A stretch of 64,000 bases of DNA from Candidatus Dormiibacterota bacterium. GTDB taxonomy: Bacteria > Chloroflexota > Dormibacteria > Dormibacterales > Dormibacteraceae. A program made the translations under genes and the position numbers. The stretch spans positions 244 to 64,243 of the forward strand of contig JBKPCH010000031.1 of the NCBI GenBank assembly GCA_046727275.1, read 5' to 3'. Each line of letters begins with the position of its first letter. Position 1 is the stretch's first letter. The notes beneath the pieces were generated by a model that was not told the origin of the DNA, did not search any database, and saw only the letters and a program-made list of their open reading frames with translations. This document shows, piece after piece, positions 47,950 to 56,361 of this stretch.

Positions 47950-48501
47950 ATGAGCTCCCTGCCGTCCCGGGAGGACGAGCAGGCGCTGGTGGAGCGCGCG
48001 AAGCGCGATCCCAACGCCTTCGGGGAGCTCTACAACCGCTACCTGCTGCAGATATATCGATTTGTGTATTCGAGAGTGCGTGATCAGACGGTGGCAGAGG
48101 ACGTCACCTCAGAGGTCTTCATGAAAGCCCTCAAGAGCATCGGACGCTACCAGGACACCGGCAAGCCGTTCTCGGCGTGGCTCTACCAGATCGCCGTGAA
48201 CTCCGTGGCCGACCGGTACCGCGCGGCCCGTCCCGTCGAGGACATCGACGAGCAGCGCGACCTGGCGGTGGCCGGCCCTGCCCTGGAGGAGGTGGCAGCC
48301 CAGCGGGACGAGCTGCGCCGGATCTGGTCGGTGGTCGAGACGCTGCCCAAGCAGCAGCGGATCGCCATGGTGCTCAAGTTCCAGGAGGACATGAAGATCG
48401 AGGACATCGCGGTGGCGATGGGTAAGACGCCGGGGGCGGTCAAGCTCCTCATCCATCGTGGCGTCACCCGCTGCCGGCAGACCCTGGGAGGCCCGCTGTG
48501 A
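47950..48501 (+). CDS. ECF-type sigma-70 family RNA polymerase sigma factor
   Basis: Region 2: FGELYNRYLLQIYRFVYSRVRDQTVAEDVTSEVFMKAL...FSAWLYQIAVN. Region 4: LPKQQRIAMVLKFQEDMKIEDIAVAMGKTPGAVKLLIHRG. Confidence 0.9.
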   Translation: MSSLPSREDEQALVERAKRDPNAFGELYNRYLLQIYRFVYSRVRDQTVAEDVTSEVFMKALKSIGRYQDTGKPFSAWLYQIAVNSVADRYRAARPVEDIDEQRDLAVAGPALEEVAAQRDELRRIWSVVETLPKQQRIAMVLKFQEDMKIEDIAVAMGKTPGAVKLLIHRGVTRCRQTLGGPL

Positions 48502-50570
48502 GCGCCCAGCGCGATCCCGAGCTCGACGAGCTGTTCCTGGGCGAGCCAGAGCTTCTCGACCTGGCCGAGCTGATGAAGTCCGCGCCGCACCCGGCCGCGC
48601 ACGTGGAGCCGACGCCGCAGTTCCGCGTCGCCCTGCGCCGCCGGCTGATGCGCGAGGCCTGGGAGCAGGCCTCCCAGCCCGAGGTCCCCTGGTACCGCCG
48701 CCTGCTGGCGCCCCGGCCGATGGCCGGCCTGGCCGCCGCGGTGGGCGTCATGCTGATCGGGCTGACCGCCCTCAGCTACCTCGAGACGCCGAGAGGTCAG
48801 CACTCGATCGTGACCGTCAGCAGCCCGCAGAACGGCTCCGAGACCGTCAGCCGGGTCACGCCCATCGAGGTCAAGTTCAACCAGCCGATGGACGCGAAGT
48901 CCGTGCAGGACGCTCTGAGCATCCAGCCCGCGACCGAGGTGCACTACGCCTGGCAGGAGAACAACACCAGGCTGGTCATCACGCCCGTCCACGAGCTGGC
49001 ACCCACCACCCGCTACGAGGTGACGGTCGCGCCGCAGGCGCAGACGAAGGACCACCAGCAGCTGCCGAAGGTGGCCACGGTCTCCTTTGTGACGGCCTCG
49101 CCGCCGCCGACCCCGCCCGTGCAGCCGTCGTCGTCGCCGACGAGCACGCCCTCCAGCGTCCTGCTCAACCCGCGCGCGCTCGGCCCGGTCGGCACCCCGG
49201 CCGTCGTGAGCTGGTCGCCCGACGGCTCGAAGCTGTTCGTGGTCGACCAGGACGGGCAGCTGCAGGCCTGGGCGGTCCAGGGCACCGGCACCCCCACGGC
49301 CACCCAGGTCGCTCCCGACGGGGTGACCGCGGTCGCCAGCGCGCCGGATGGCAGCCCCGCGTACGTCCGGAAGGGCGGGGTCGTGTACGGCTCGGTGGCC
49401 GTGCCCGGCGCCCAGGCGATCGCCCTCGGCTTCCGCCAGTCCAGCCTGGTCTTCGCCACGGCCACCGACGTCCAGACGGCCAACCAGCAGCGGGTCGCCG
49501 CCTTCAAGGAGGAGGCGACGGCCGCGGTGTTCTCGCCGTCCGCGGACCGCGTGGCCTACCGCGGGACATCCGGGCTGCACGTCGTCGACCTGGCCACGCG
49601 AAAGGACACCCTGGTTGGCCCGGCCAGCGTCCTCGGCGAGTGGTCGCCCGACGGCCGCACCTTTGCGTACGCGACCGACCAGGGCGTGTTCACCACCGAC
49701 GGCACGGCCCCGTCCAAGCTGCTGGACGACCCGGGCGTGACCGGCCTGAGCTGGTCGCACACCAACCAGCTGCTCATCGCCACCGGCAGCGCCGTCCAGC
49801 TCGCCAGCGCCGACGCATCGCAGCTGAGGACGCTGCAGGTCCCGCTGCTCGCCCAGCCGCTGTGGGCGCCGGGCGGCAGGGGCACGTTCGCCTACCGGCG
49901 GGCCGGCCAGGAGTGGGTGGCGCAGCTGCCCGCCGGGATGATCGGCCCGGTCAGCTCGGCGACGCCGGGCGCGACGCAGGACGACCTCGTGAGCGCCTTC
50001 ATGGCGGCGCGCAAGGCCCTGCAGTCCGACCAGGCGCAGGCGTTCCTCGATCAGGCCGGCAGCGCGGCGTACGCCTCCAGGGCCACGCTGCTCTACACCG
50101 ACGGTTCGCAGACGCTCAACCGGTACTACGTCCTGCTCTCGCAGCCGGGGCGGGTGGTCGTCCGGCTCGTGCTGAGCCGGGCTGGCGCCCAGGTCGCGGT
50201 GGACGAGACGCTGACGATCCAGCACGACGCGACGACCGGCCAGCAGCGGATCCACAACGTCACCCAGACCCCGCGGCCGTCGTTCGGGATGGGCCCCGAG
50301 GTGCTGAGCGTCGGGGTCGGCGGGACCCAGGTGCAGATCGCCTTCGACTCGGACCTGGCCGCGTCCACGGTGCAGGCGGGCGGGGTGAGCATCAAGGGTG
50401 TCCAGACGACGGCGGCCTACGACACCACGCACAAGACGGTGACGCTGACGATCCCGGGCGGCCTGACGCCGGGCACTGCGTACGACCTGCTGGTGACCAG
50501 CTCGCTGCAGGACGTCAACGAGCGTCCGGCGGTCCCGTACACGCTGTCGATCACGGGCCCGGCCGCGTAG
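48498..50570 (+). CDS. anti-sigma-like membrane protein with extracellular Ig-like (SbsA/Big_5-type) and beta-propeller-like repeats
   Basis: GTGA overlap with the sigma gene. There is a single TM segment (MAGLAAAVGVMLIGLTAL). Ig-like text: SPQNGSETVSRVTPIEVKFNQPMDAKSV and VQIAFDSDLAASTVQAGGVSIKG. TolB-like WSPDG repeats are also present (WSPDGSKLFVVDQDG, EWSPDGRTFAYATDQG). Confidence 0.7.
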   Translation: MSAQRDPELDELFLGEPELLDLAELMKSAPHPAAHVEPTPQFRVALRRRLMREAWEQASQPEVPWYRRLLAPRPMAGLAAAVGVMLIGLTALSYLETPRGQHSIVTVSSPQNGSETVSRVTPIEVKFNQPMDAKSVQDALSIQPATEVHYAWQENNTRLVITPVHELAPTTRYEVTVAPQAQTKDHQQLPKVATVSFVTASPPPTPPVQPSSSPTSTPSSVLLNPRALGPVGTPAVVSWSPDGSKLFVVDQDGQLQAWAVQGTGTPTATQVAPDGVTAVASAPDGSPAYVRKGGVVYGSVAVPGAQAIALGFRQSSLVFATATDVQTANQQRVAAFKEEATAAVFSPSADRVAYRGTSGLHVVDLATRKDTLVGPASVLGEWSPDGRTFAYATDQGVFTTDGTAPSKLLDDPGVTGLSWSHTNQLLIATGSAVQLASADASQLRTLQVPLLAQPLWAPGGRGTFAYRRAGQEWVAQLPAGMIGPVSSATPGATQDDLVSAFMAARKALQSDQAQAFLDQAGSAAYASRATLLYTDGSQTLNRYYVLLSQPGRVVVRLVLSRAGAQVAVDETLTIQHDATTGQQRIHNVTQTPRPSFGMGPEVLSVGVGGTQVQIAFDSDLAASTVQAGGVSIKGVQTTAAYDTTHKTVTLTIPGGLTPGTAYDLLVTSSLQDVNERPAVPYTLSITGPAA

Positions 50571-50576
50571 GAGCGA

Positions 50577-50634
50577 TCCCCCTCCCCCTACACTAGACGG
50601 CCGCCGTATCCGGGACCCAGGGAGGAGGGGGAGA
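50577..50634. repeat. related C-rich...G-rich inverted pair in the 50570/50639 intergenic gap
   Basis: tcccccctccccc ... gggaggagggggaga with a loop of about 31 nt. It is imperfect. Confidence 0.35.
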
Positions 50635-50638
50635 AGGC

Positions 50639-51826
50639 GTGGAGGTCGTCCGCAGCCTCGTCGAGCACCGGCTGCGCAGCACGCTCGCCGTCGGCGGCGT
50701 CGGGATCGGCATCCTGGCGCTGACCCTGACGGGCGCCCTGGCCGAGCACTTCCAGGCCCAGTTCCAGGGCGGGGTCGCGTACTACAGCAGCAACATCCAG
50801 GTCACCGACGACGCCGGCGGCTACGGCGGGGTCGTCTCACTGGGCAAGATCGACGCGATCCAGCGGGTGCCCGGGGTCGCCGTCGCGCTGCCCTCGATCG
50901 CGGTCCCGGCCAGGCCCGGCGTCGCCGGCGGCGTCCCGCTCGGGCTCCCCGACACCGTCGGCTACAGCGACCCCCGGGAGCGCGCCTACTCCCGGCTCCG
51001 GACCTCGCTCGCCGCCGGCAGCCAGCTGCAGCCCAACCGCCAGGGCCAGGTCGTGCTCGGCGCCGACCTGGCCGGCGAGTTCAGGGTCAGGGTCGGCGAC
51101 AGCCTCGACCTGCCGGTCCGGCCCCGCAACCCCAACCGCGACTTCGTCAACCACACGTTCAGGGTCGTTGGCATCCTCCGGAAGACCAACACGCTCCCCG
51201 ACGCGGTGGCCTCGGTCAGCCTGCTCGACGCGCAGCTGCTGCTGCAGGAGAGCCTGCCGGCCTCCTTTCGCGACCGGGTCGACCCCTCGTCGCTGGCGTC
51301 GGGGATCACCGTCTACGGCAAGGCGGGCGTGAACCTGGACCTGCTCGCCGATCAGATCAGCGCCAGGGTGAGCGGCGTCACCGCGACCCGGCCCACCCAG
51401 TTCGTCCGCAGCTTCGACCGGGCAGCCCGGTTTACCGCCATCGCGGTCGGCGCGGCGCTCCTGGGCCTGCTGTTCGGCGGGCTGGTAGTGGGCAGCGCCA
51501 TGCTGGCCACCGTCGTCGAGCGAGGCCCCCAGATCGCCCTCAAGATGGCCTTCGGCGCCCGAGCCTGGCACATCGCGGTCGAGCACCTGCTGGAGGCCAC
51601 CACCCTGGGCCTGGCCGGCGGCCTGCTCGGCTTCGGGCTGGGCGCCGGGCTGGCCGAGCTTCTCGACCTGGCCGGACGCACGGTGTACATGGACGTCTTC
51701 CTGGTCACCGGCACGCTGGCCAAGGTCGCGCTCGGACTGGGGGCAGCGCTGGGAGCCGGGGCCGGCGTCGTGCCCGCGCTGCGGGCCACCAGGCTCGACC
51801 CGGACGTGGTGCTGCGGGCGCATTAG
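50639..51826 (+). CDS. ABC transporter permease, FtsX/MacB-like
   Basis: N-terminal TM helix, a large periplasmic domain, and three C-terminal TM helices with the FtsX-like VVERGPQIALKMAFGARAWHI. GTG start. Confidence 0.8.
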   Translation: MEVVRSLVEHRLRSTLAVGGVGIGILALTLTGALAEHFQAQFQGGVAYYSSNIQVTDDAGGYGGVVSLGKIDAIQRVPGVAVALPSIAVPARPGVAGGVPLGLPDTVGYSDPRERAYSRLRTSLAAGSQLQPNRQGQVVLGADLAGEFRVRVGDSLDLPVRPRNPNRDFVNHTFRVVGILRKTNTLPDAVASVSLLDAQLLLQESLPASFRDRVDPSSLASGITVYGKAGVNLDLLADQISARVSGVTATRPTQFVRSFDRAARFTAIAVGAALLGLLFGGLVVGSAMLATVVERGPQIALKMAFGARAWHIAVEHLLEATTLGLAGGLLGFGLGAGLAELLDLAGRTVYMDVFLVTGTLAKVALGLGAALGAGAGVVPALRATRLDPDVVLRAH

Positions 51827-51841
51827 ACGGAGAGGGCAGAG

Positions 51842-52537
51842 CTGGCGGCGATCGAGGTCCGCGATCTGGTCAGGACGTACCGGCAGGGACAGGCCGGCGC
51901 GGTCCAGGCCCTGGACGGGGTCACCCTGAGCGTCCAGGCCGGCGAGTTCGTCTCCCTGGTCGGCCGTTCCGGGAGCGGGAAGACCACCCTCCTGCACTGC
52001 CTGGGCCTGCTGCTGCGGCCCAGCTCCGGCCAGGTCGTCATCGACGGCATCGACACCACGGCCCTGACCGACGGGCAGCGCACCATGCTGCGGGGGCGCC
52101 GGATCGGCTTCGTCTTCCAGGACCCGAACCTGCTGGGCACGCTCACCCTGCTAGAAAACGTCCTGCTGCCGCAGCGGTACGCCGGGATCAGCAGGAGAGC
52201 CGGGCAGCGGGCCCGAGACCTCCTCGACCTGGTCGGTCTGGGCGACCAGCTGCGGCAGCGCCCGGACCAGCTCACCGCCGGCCAGGCCCAGCGGGTGGCG
52301 ATCGCCCGGGCGCTGGTCAAGGAGCCCAGCCTGGTGCTCGCGGACGAGCCCACCGGCGAGGTGGACAACGAGACCTCGGACGAGCTGCTCTACCTCCTGC
52401 AGCAGGTCAACCGGATGAGCGGCATCGCCTTCGTCGTCGCCACCCACGACGTGGAGGTGGCCTCCTGCCTGGACCGGATGGTCCGCCTCCGCGACGGGCA
52501 GGTGGTCTCGGACGAGCGCCTCCGGGATCTCCGCTGA
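51842..52537 (+). CDS. ABC transporter ATP-binding protein (MacB/LolD-like); start codon unresolved
   Basis: Walker A GRSGSGKTT, signature LTAGQAQRVAIARAL and Walker B LVLADEPTGEVD. My translation shows the family N-terminus IEVRDLVRTY lies upstream of the first ATG (52085). The only in-frame candidate is CTG at 51842, after GGAGAGG. Confidence 0.85.
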   Translation: MAAIEVRDLVRTYRQGQAGAVQALDGVTLSVQAGEFVSLVGRSGSGKTTLLHCLGLLLRPSSGQVVIDGIDTTALTDGQRTMLRGRRIGFVFQDPNLLGTLTLLENVLLPQRYAGISRRAGQRARDLLDLVGLGDQLRQRPDQLTAGQAQRVAIARALVKEPSLVLADEPTGEVDNETSDELLYLLQQVNRMSGIAFVVATHDVEVASCLDRMVRLRDGQVVSDERLRDLR

Positions 52538-52651
52538 GTCGAATCCCCGACTCCCCAGTCCTTTTGTGCTTCAATACCGGCCGATCCAATGGGGGTAGTT
52601 GGAGAGCCCGTCGGGCGAGGGCCACTGGATCTAGCCCGCCTGGAGCGCTTC

Positions 52652-54031
52652 ATGCCGCGCCGCGTCACGCGCCGCTACGTCATCGGGGGGGCGCTCGCGG
52701 CCGGCACCGGCGTCGCCGCGCTCCGGCTGCTCGGCCTCGACCGGACCATCCACCGCGTCAGGAGCGCGATCGCTCCCAGGGCGGCGGCCGACCCAGCCGG
52801 GTGGGCCTCACCACTCGCCCAGGAGACCGCTCGGATCTCCCACCTCCTGCGCCGCACCGCCTTCGGCGCCGGCCCCGACGACCTGGAGGCGGCGTTCAAG
52901 CTCGGCTACGGGAAGCTGGTCGACCAGCTGATCGAGACCCCGCCAGCGGAGCCTCCCGCAGTCCCCGGCATGAACGGGAGCTCGATCGACCTGGGCCGGC
53001 TGCAGAAGTGGTGGGTCGATCACATGCTGGCCACCCCGACGCCGTTCGCGGAGCGGATGACGCTCTTCTGGCACGGCCATTTCACCAGCGACTATCGCAA
53101 GGTCGGCACGGACCAGCCATACATCTACTGGCAGAACCTGACGTGGCGGCGGATGGCGCTCACCAACCTGGGCTCGATGCTGACCCAGGTGACGATCGAC
53201 CCTGCCATGATGCGCTACCTCGACCTGGCGACCAGCACCGGCAGGAACCCCAACGAGAACTACGCGCGGGAGCTGCTGGAGCTGTTCACGATGGGAGCGG
53301 GCAGCTTCGGGGAGGGGGACGTCAGGGCGGCGGCCAGCGGGCTGGCCGGCTGGCGGCTGCCGGTCGCCTCGGACGGCTCCAGGGTGGGTGTCTTCGACCG
53401 CCGGCGCGCGTCCACGGCGACCCAGCTGACCTTCCTGGGCAGGACGGGACCGCTGGACCTGAAGGGCGTCGTCGACGGAATCCTCGCCAGCGACGCGACG
53501 GCGCCGTTCCTGGTGACCAGAGTCGTCCATCACTTCGTCTCCCCGGCCCCCGAGGCGCGGTACATCCGCCGCCTGGCCGACGAGTTTCGGACCAGCGGGT
53601 ACGACCTCAAGACCCTGATGCGGAGCGTCTTCCTGAGCCCGGAGTTCATCGCCGGCCAGTCCTACCGCTCCCTGATCAAGTCCCCGGTCGAGTACATGGT
53701 CAGCGTCCTCAGGGCGCTGAAGGCCCCGCAGCTCTCCTCGCTGGTCCTGGACGCCGACGCGAGCATGGGCCAGGTCGTGTTCGATCCGCCGGACGTCGGC
53801 GGCTGGCCCAACAACGACGGCTGGATCTCGTCCAACACGGCGATGGCGCGCATCAACTTCGCCACCGCGGTCCTGGGCCGGCTGCGCGGCGTGCCCCCGG
53901 CCAGGGACGTCCACCAGCTCCACCTGGACGGGGTCCTGAGCCCTGTGACCGCGAAGCTGCTCGACCAGGCCACGGACGATCGGACGCGCTGGATGATCGT
54001 GCTGGTGGCTCCGGAATTCAATCTCAAGTAG
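52652..54031 (+). CDS. DUF1800-family protein
   Basis: HLLRRTAFGAGPDDLE, FWHGHFTS and NPNENYARELLELFTMG. N-terminal Tat-like MPRRVTRRYVIGGALAAG. Confidence 0.8.
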   Translation: MPRRVTRRYVIGGALAAGTGVAALRLLGLDRTIHRVRSAIAPRAAADPAGWASPLAQETARISHLLRRTAFGAGPDDLEAAFKLGYGKLVDQLIETPPAEPPAVPGMNGSSIDLGRLQKWWVDHMLATPTPFAERMTLFWHGHFTSDYRKVGTDQPYIYWQNLTWRRMALTNLGSMLTQVTIDPAMMRYLDLATSTGRNPNENYARELLELFTMGAGSFGEGDVRAAASGLAGWRLPVASDGSRVGVFDRRRASTATQLTFLGRTGPLDLKGVVDGILASDATAPFLVTRVVHHFVSPAPEARYIRRLADEFRTSGYDLKTLMRSVFLSPEFIAGQSYRSLIKSPVEYMVSVLRALKAPQLSSLVLDADASMGQVVFDPPDVGGWPNNDGWISSNTAMARINFATAVLGRLRGVPPARDVHQLHLDGVLSPVTAKLLDQATDDRTRWMIVLVAPEFNLK

Positions 54032-54042
54032 GGGCTGGTGCG

Positions 54043-55353
54043 ATGAGCAGGGACCAGGTCGGGATCAACGAGCTCGAGCGGCGGGACTTCCTCCAGGCGG
54101 GCCTGGTCTTCGGGACCGCGGCCGGCGCCCTGGCGGCGGGCTACGCCGCCGTCCCCGACGCGTTCGCGCGCGCCGTCTACGCGGCCAAGCAGGAGGGCGT
54201 GAAGAACGACAACGTCCTGGTCATGATCCAGCTCGCGGGCGGGAACGACCACCTGCGAACCGTGATCCCGCTGCAGGACCCCAGGCTCCACGACCTGCGC
54301 CCGATTCTGGCCGCCCAATCGGTGCCCTCGGCCCTGCCCCTCAGCGCCGACTTCGGCCTCAACCAGAACATGCCGGGGATCAAGGCGCTCTGGGACAGGG
54401 GCAAGGTCGCCATCGTCGAGGGCGTCGGCTACCCGAACCCGAGCTTCTCGCACTTCGAGTCGATCCGGGTCTGGGAGACCGGGGACCCCACCCGCCGGCA
54501 GGTCGAGGGCTGGCTGGGCAAGACGATCACGAAGAACTACGACGCCCTCGGCCACCCCCTGACCTCCTGCGCCTGCGGCACCACCAACGTCCCGGGCACG
54601 CTCCGCGACCTCCACTCCACCGTCACCGTGGTGGACAGCTACCGGACGTTCGGGTTCCAGGGCGGCGGCCGGGTGGAGACGGCGGCGGGCGCCCTCTGGA
54701 AGGGCACCCCGGGGATATACGGCGCGCTTTTCGACACCGCGATCTCGACCGCCCAGCAGACGATCGCCAGCGTCAGGGGCGCCGCCTCCCGGCAGCCCGG
54801 CGCAAAGTACACCGACAACGTCAAGCTCGTCTACCCGTCGAAGACCGAGCTGGGGGCGGCCCTCCAGCTGGCCGCGTCGCTGATCACCAGCGGCAGCGGC
54901 GTCAAGCTGCTCCACGTTACGCTGGGCGGCTTCGACACCCACCAGACCGAGCTCAACCGGCACAACGACCTGATGGGGTACCTGGACCAGTCCGTGGCCG
55001 CCTTCTACCAGGACCTGGACGCGCACGGGATGGCCGACAGGGTCCTGATCGCGACGTGGTCGGAGTTCAGCCGCCGGCCCCAGGAGAACGCCAGCGGCGG
55101 CACCGACCACGGCGCCGCGTCGGCCGTGCTCCTGATCGGGAACCCCGTTCAGGGCGGCTTCTACGGCCAGGCGCCCAGCCTCGGCAACCTGGACGGCACC
55201 GGCAACCTCAAGTACACCGTCGACTTCCGCTCCATCTACCAGGAGATCCTGAACACGCACCTGGGCGCCGACGCCCGGGAGATCCTGCGCCAGAGCTTCG
55301 ATCGCGTCCCATTCCTGAAGGCGGCGGCCGGGAAGGTAGCGGCCGGGGCGTGA
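54043..55353 (+). CDS. DUF1501-family (sulfatase-like) protein with Tat signal
   Basis: ERRDFLQAGLVFGTAAGALA, NVLVMIQLAGGNDHL, GFDTHQ and SEFSRRPQENASGGTDHG. Confidence 0.85.
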   Translation: MSRDQVGINELERRDFLQAGLVFGTAAGALAAGYAAVPDAFARAVYAAKQEGVKNDNVLVMIQLAGGNDHLRTVIPLQDPRLHDLRPILAAQSVPSALPLSADFGLNQNMPGIKALWDRGKVAIVEGVGYPNPSFSHFESIRVWETGDPTRRQVEGWLGKTITKNYDALGHPLTSCACGTTNVPGTLRDLHSTVTVVDSYRTFGFQGGGRVETAAGALWKGTPGIYGALFDTAISTAQQTIASVRGAASRQPGAKYTDNVKLVYPSKTELGAALQLAASLITSGSGVKLLHVTLGGFDTHQTELNRHNDLMGYLDQSVAAFYQDLDAHGMADRVLIATWSEFSRRPQENASGGTDHGAASAVLLIGNPVQGGFYGQAPSLGNLDGTGNLKYTVDFRSIYQEILNTHLGADAREILRQSFDRVPFLKAAAGKVAAGA

Positions 55354-55562
55354 GACGTCTCCCGGCCTGGCTGCTCAAGGGCAGCGCCGTCTGCCTCACG
55401 GTCCTGGCCACGGTCGGCTCGGCCGCCTTCGTCGGGGGCCACGTCAAGAACCAGTCGGCCCCGCTGCGACCCTCGCTGCAGCCGCCCGGCGGCCAGGTCA
55501 ACCTGGCCCCGGGCATGCGCACCACCGGGAGCGAGCCGGTCACCGAAACCCACGCCTCATGA
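55350..55562 (+). CDS. small membrane-anchored hypothetical protein
   Basis: The GTG overlaps the DUF1501 TGA as GTGA. Sequence: VRRLPAWLLKGSAVCLTVLATVGSAAFVGG, then a Pro-rich tail. Confidence 0.4.
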   Translation: MRRLPAWLLKGSAVCLTVLATVGSAAFVGGHVKNQSAPLRPSLQPPGGQVNLAPGMRTTGSEPVTETHAS

Positions 55563-55572
55563 GCTAGGGCCC

Positions 55573-56142
55573 GTGAACGTGGACACGTTCCTCTGGATCC
55601 TGGCGCGGGTCAGCGGGCTCAGCGCCGCCGCGGCGCTGGCGGTCTCGCTGCTGACCGGGCTGGCCCTGCGCAGCGCGGTCCTGGAGTGGCTGGCCACCAA
55701 CCGGGCCCTCCGCTCCACCCACGAGTTCACCGCAATCCTCTGGGTCCCGCTGGGCCTGGCCCATCTGGCCCTCCTCGTGCTCGACGGCAGCGTCCGGACG
55801 CCGATCCGGCTGGTCGACCTGGTCGTCCCCTTCAAGGTCGCCTACGGCAGCGTCGCGGTCGGGCTGGGCACGCTCAGCTTCGACCTCCTGGTGCTGGTCG
55901 CGGTCACGGCCTGGCTGCGCCGGAGCATCCATCCCCTCGCCTGGCGCTGGATCCACCGGCTCGCCTATCTCGCCTGTGTCCTGCTCTTCCTGCACGCGCT
56001 CCTGGGAGGGAGCGACTTCAGCGCCCCGGAGGTCTCCGCCATCGCCTGGTCGGTTGCCGCCATCCTGGCCATCCTCAGCGTGGCCCGCCTCCTGTGGGGC
56101 CGCCTGTCCGCCGAAGGCCGGGAGCTGCACCGCGGGGGCTGA
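55573..56142 (+). CDS. ferric-reductase-like transmembrane-domain protein
   Basis: Six hydrophobic helices. His residues in helices (THEFTAILWVPLGLAHLALL, IHRLAYLACVLLFLHALL) suggest heme ligands. Confidence 0.55.
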   Translation: MNVDTFLWILARVSGLSAAAALAVSLLTGLALRSAVLEWLATNRALRSTHEFTAILWVPLGLAHLALLVLDGSVRTPIRLVDLVVPFKVAYGSVAVGLGTLSFDLLVLVAVTAWLRRSIHPLAWRWIHRLAYLACVLLFLHALLGGSDFSAPEVSAIAWSVAAILAILSVARLLWGRLSAEGRELHRGG

Positions 56143-56181
56143 GCCGGCGCCCAGGCCCAGCGGCGCTGGCGAACGGCCGAC

Positions 56182-56361
56182 CTGGAGGTCTGGCCGGAGA
56201 GGCTGGCGAGAGATTCGTCGTCCAGGGGCCCCAGATCCGGGGGCGGCGCCGAGGGGCGCAGGGAGCGGCCGCCAGGCCGTGAGCGAGCACCGCAGAAGCC
56301 AACCCCGGAGATGGGGTGCATGGGCGGCGAAGATCCGTCTGCCTCTCCGGCCGGACCTCTA
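56182..56361 (+). mobile_element. MITE-like repeat, copy 1 (~180 bp, ~17-bp terminal inverted repeats)
   Basis: The ends GGTCTGGCCGGAGAGGC ... GCCTCTCCGGCCGGACC are reverse complements of each other. By eye the body is about 90% identical to the reverse complement of 63113-63293. Confidence 0.7.

Noticed and set aside
48183-50432. 749-aa minus-strand ORF and 712-aa plus-strand alternative frame (48458-50596) over the anti-sigma gene.
   Set aside because: Both have low-complexity R/G/A/P composition. The 48498-50570 frame has a TM segment, Ig-like and WSPDG repeats, and couples to the sigma gene.
51824-51826. In-frame TAG between the permease and the ATPase as a possible pyrrolysine codon.
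   Set aside because: No pyl genes or PYLIS-like context are visible, and pyrrolysine use would be unexpected in this kind of organism. A nonsense codon, a CTG start or a sequence error are simpler explanations.
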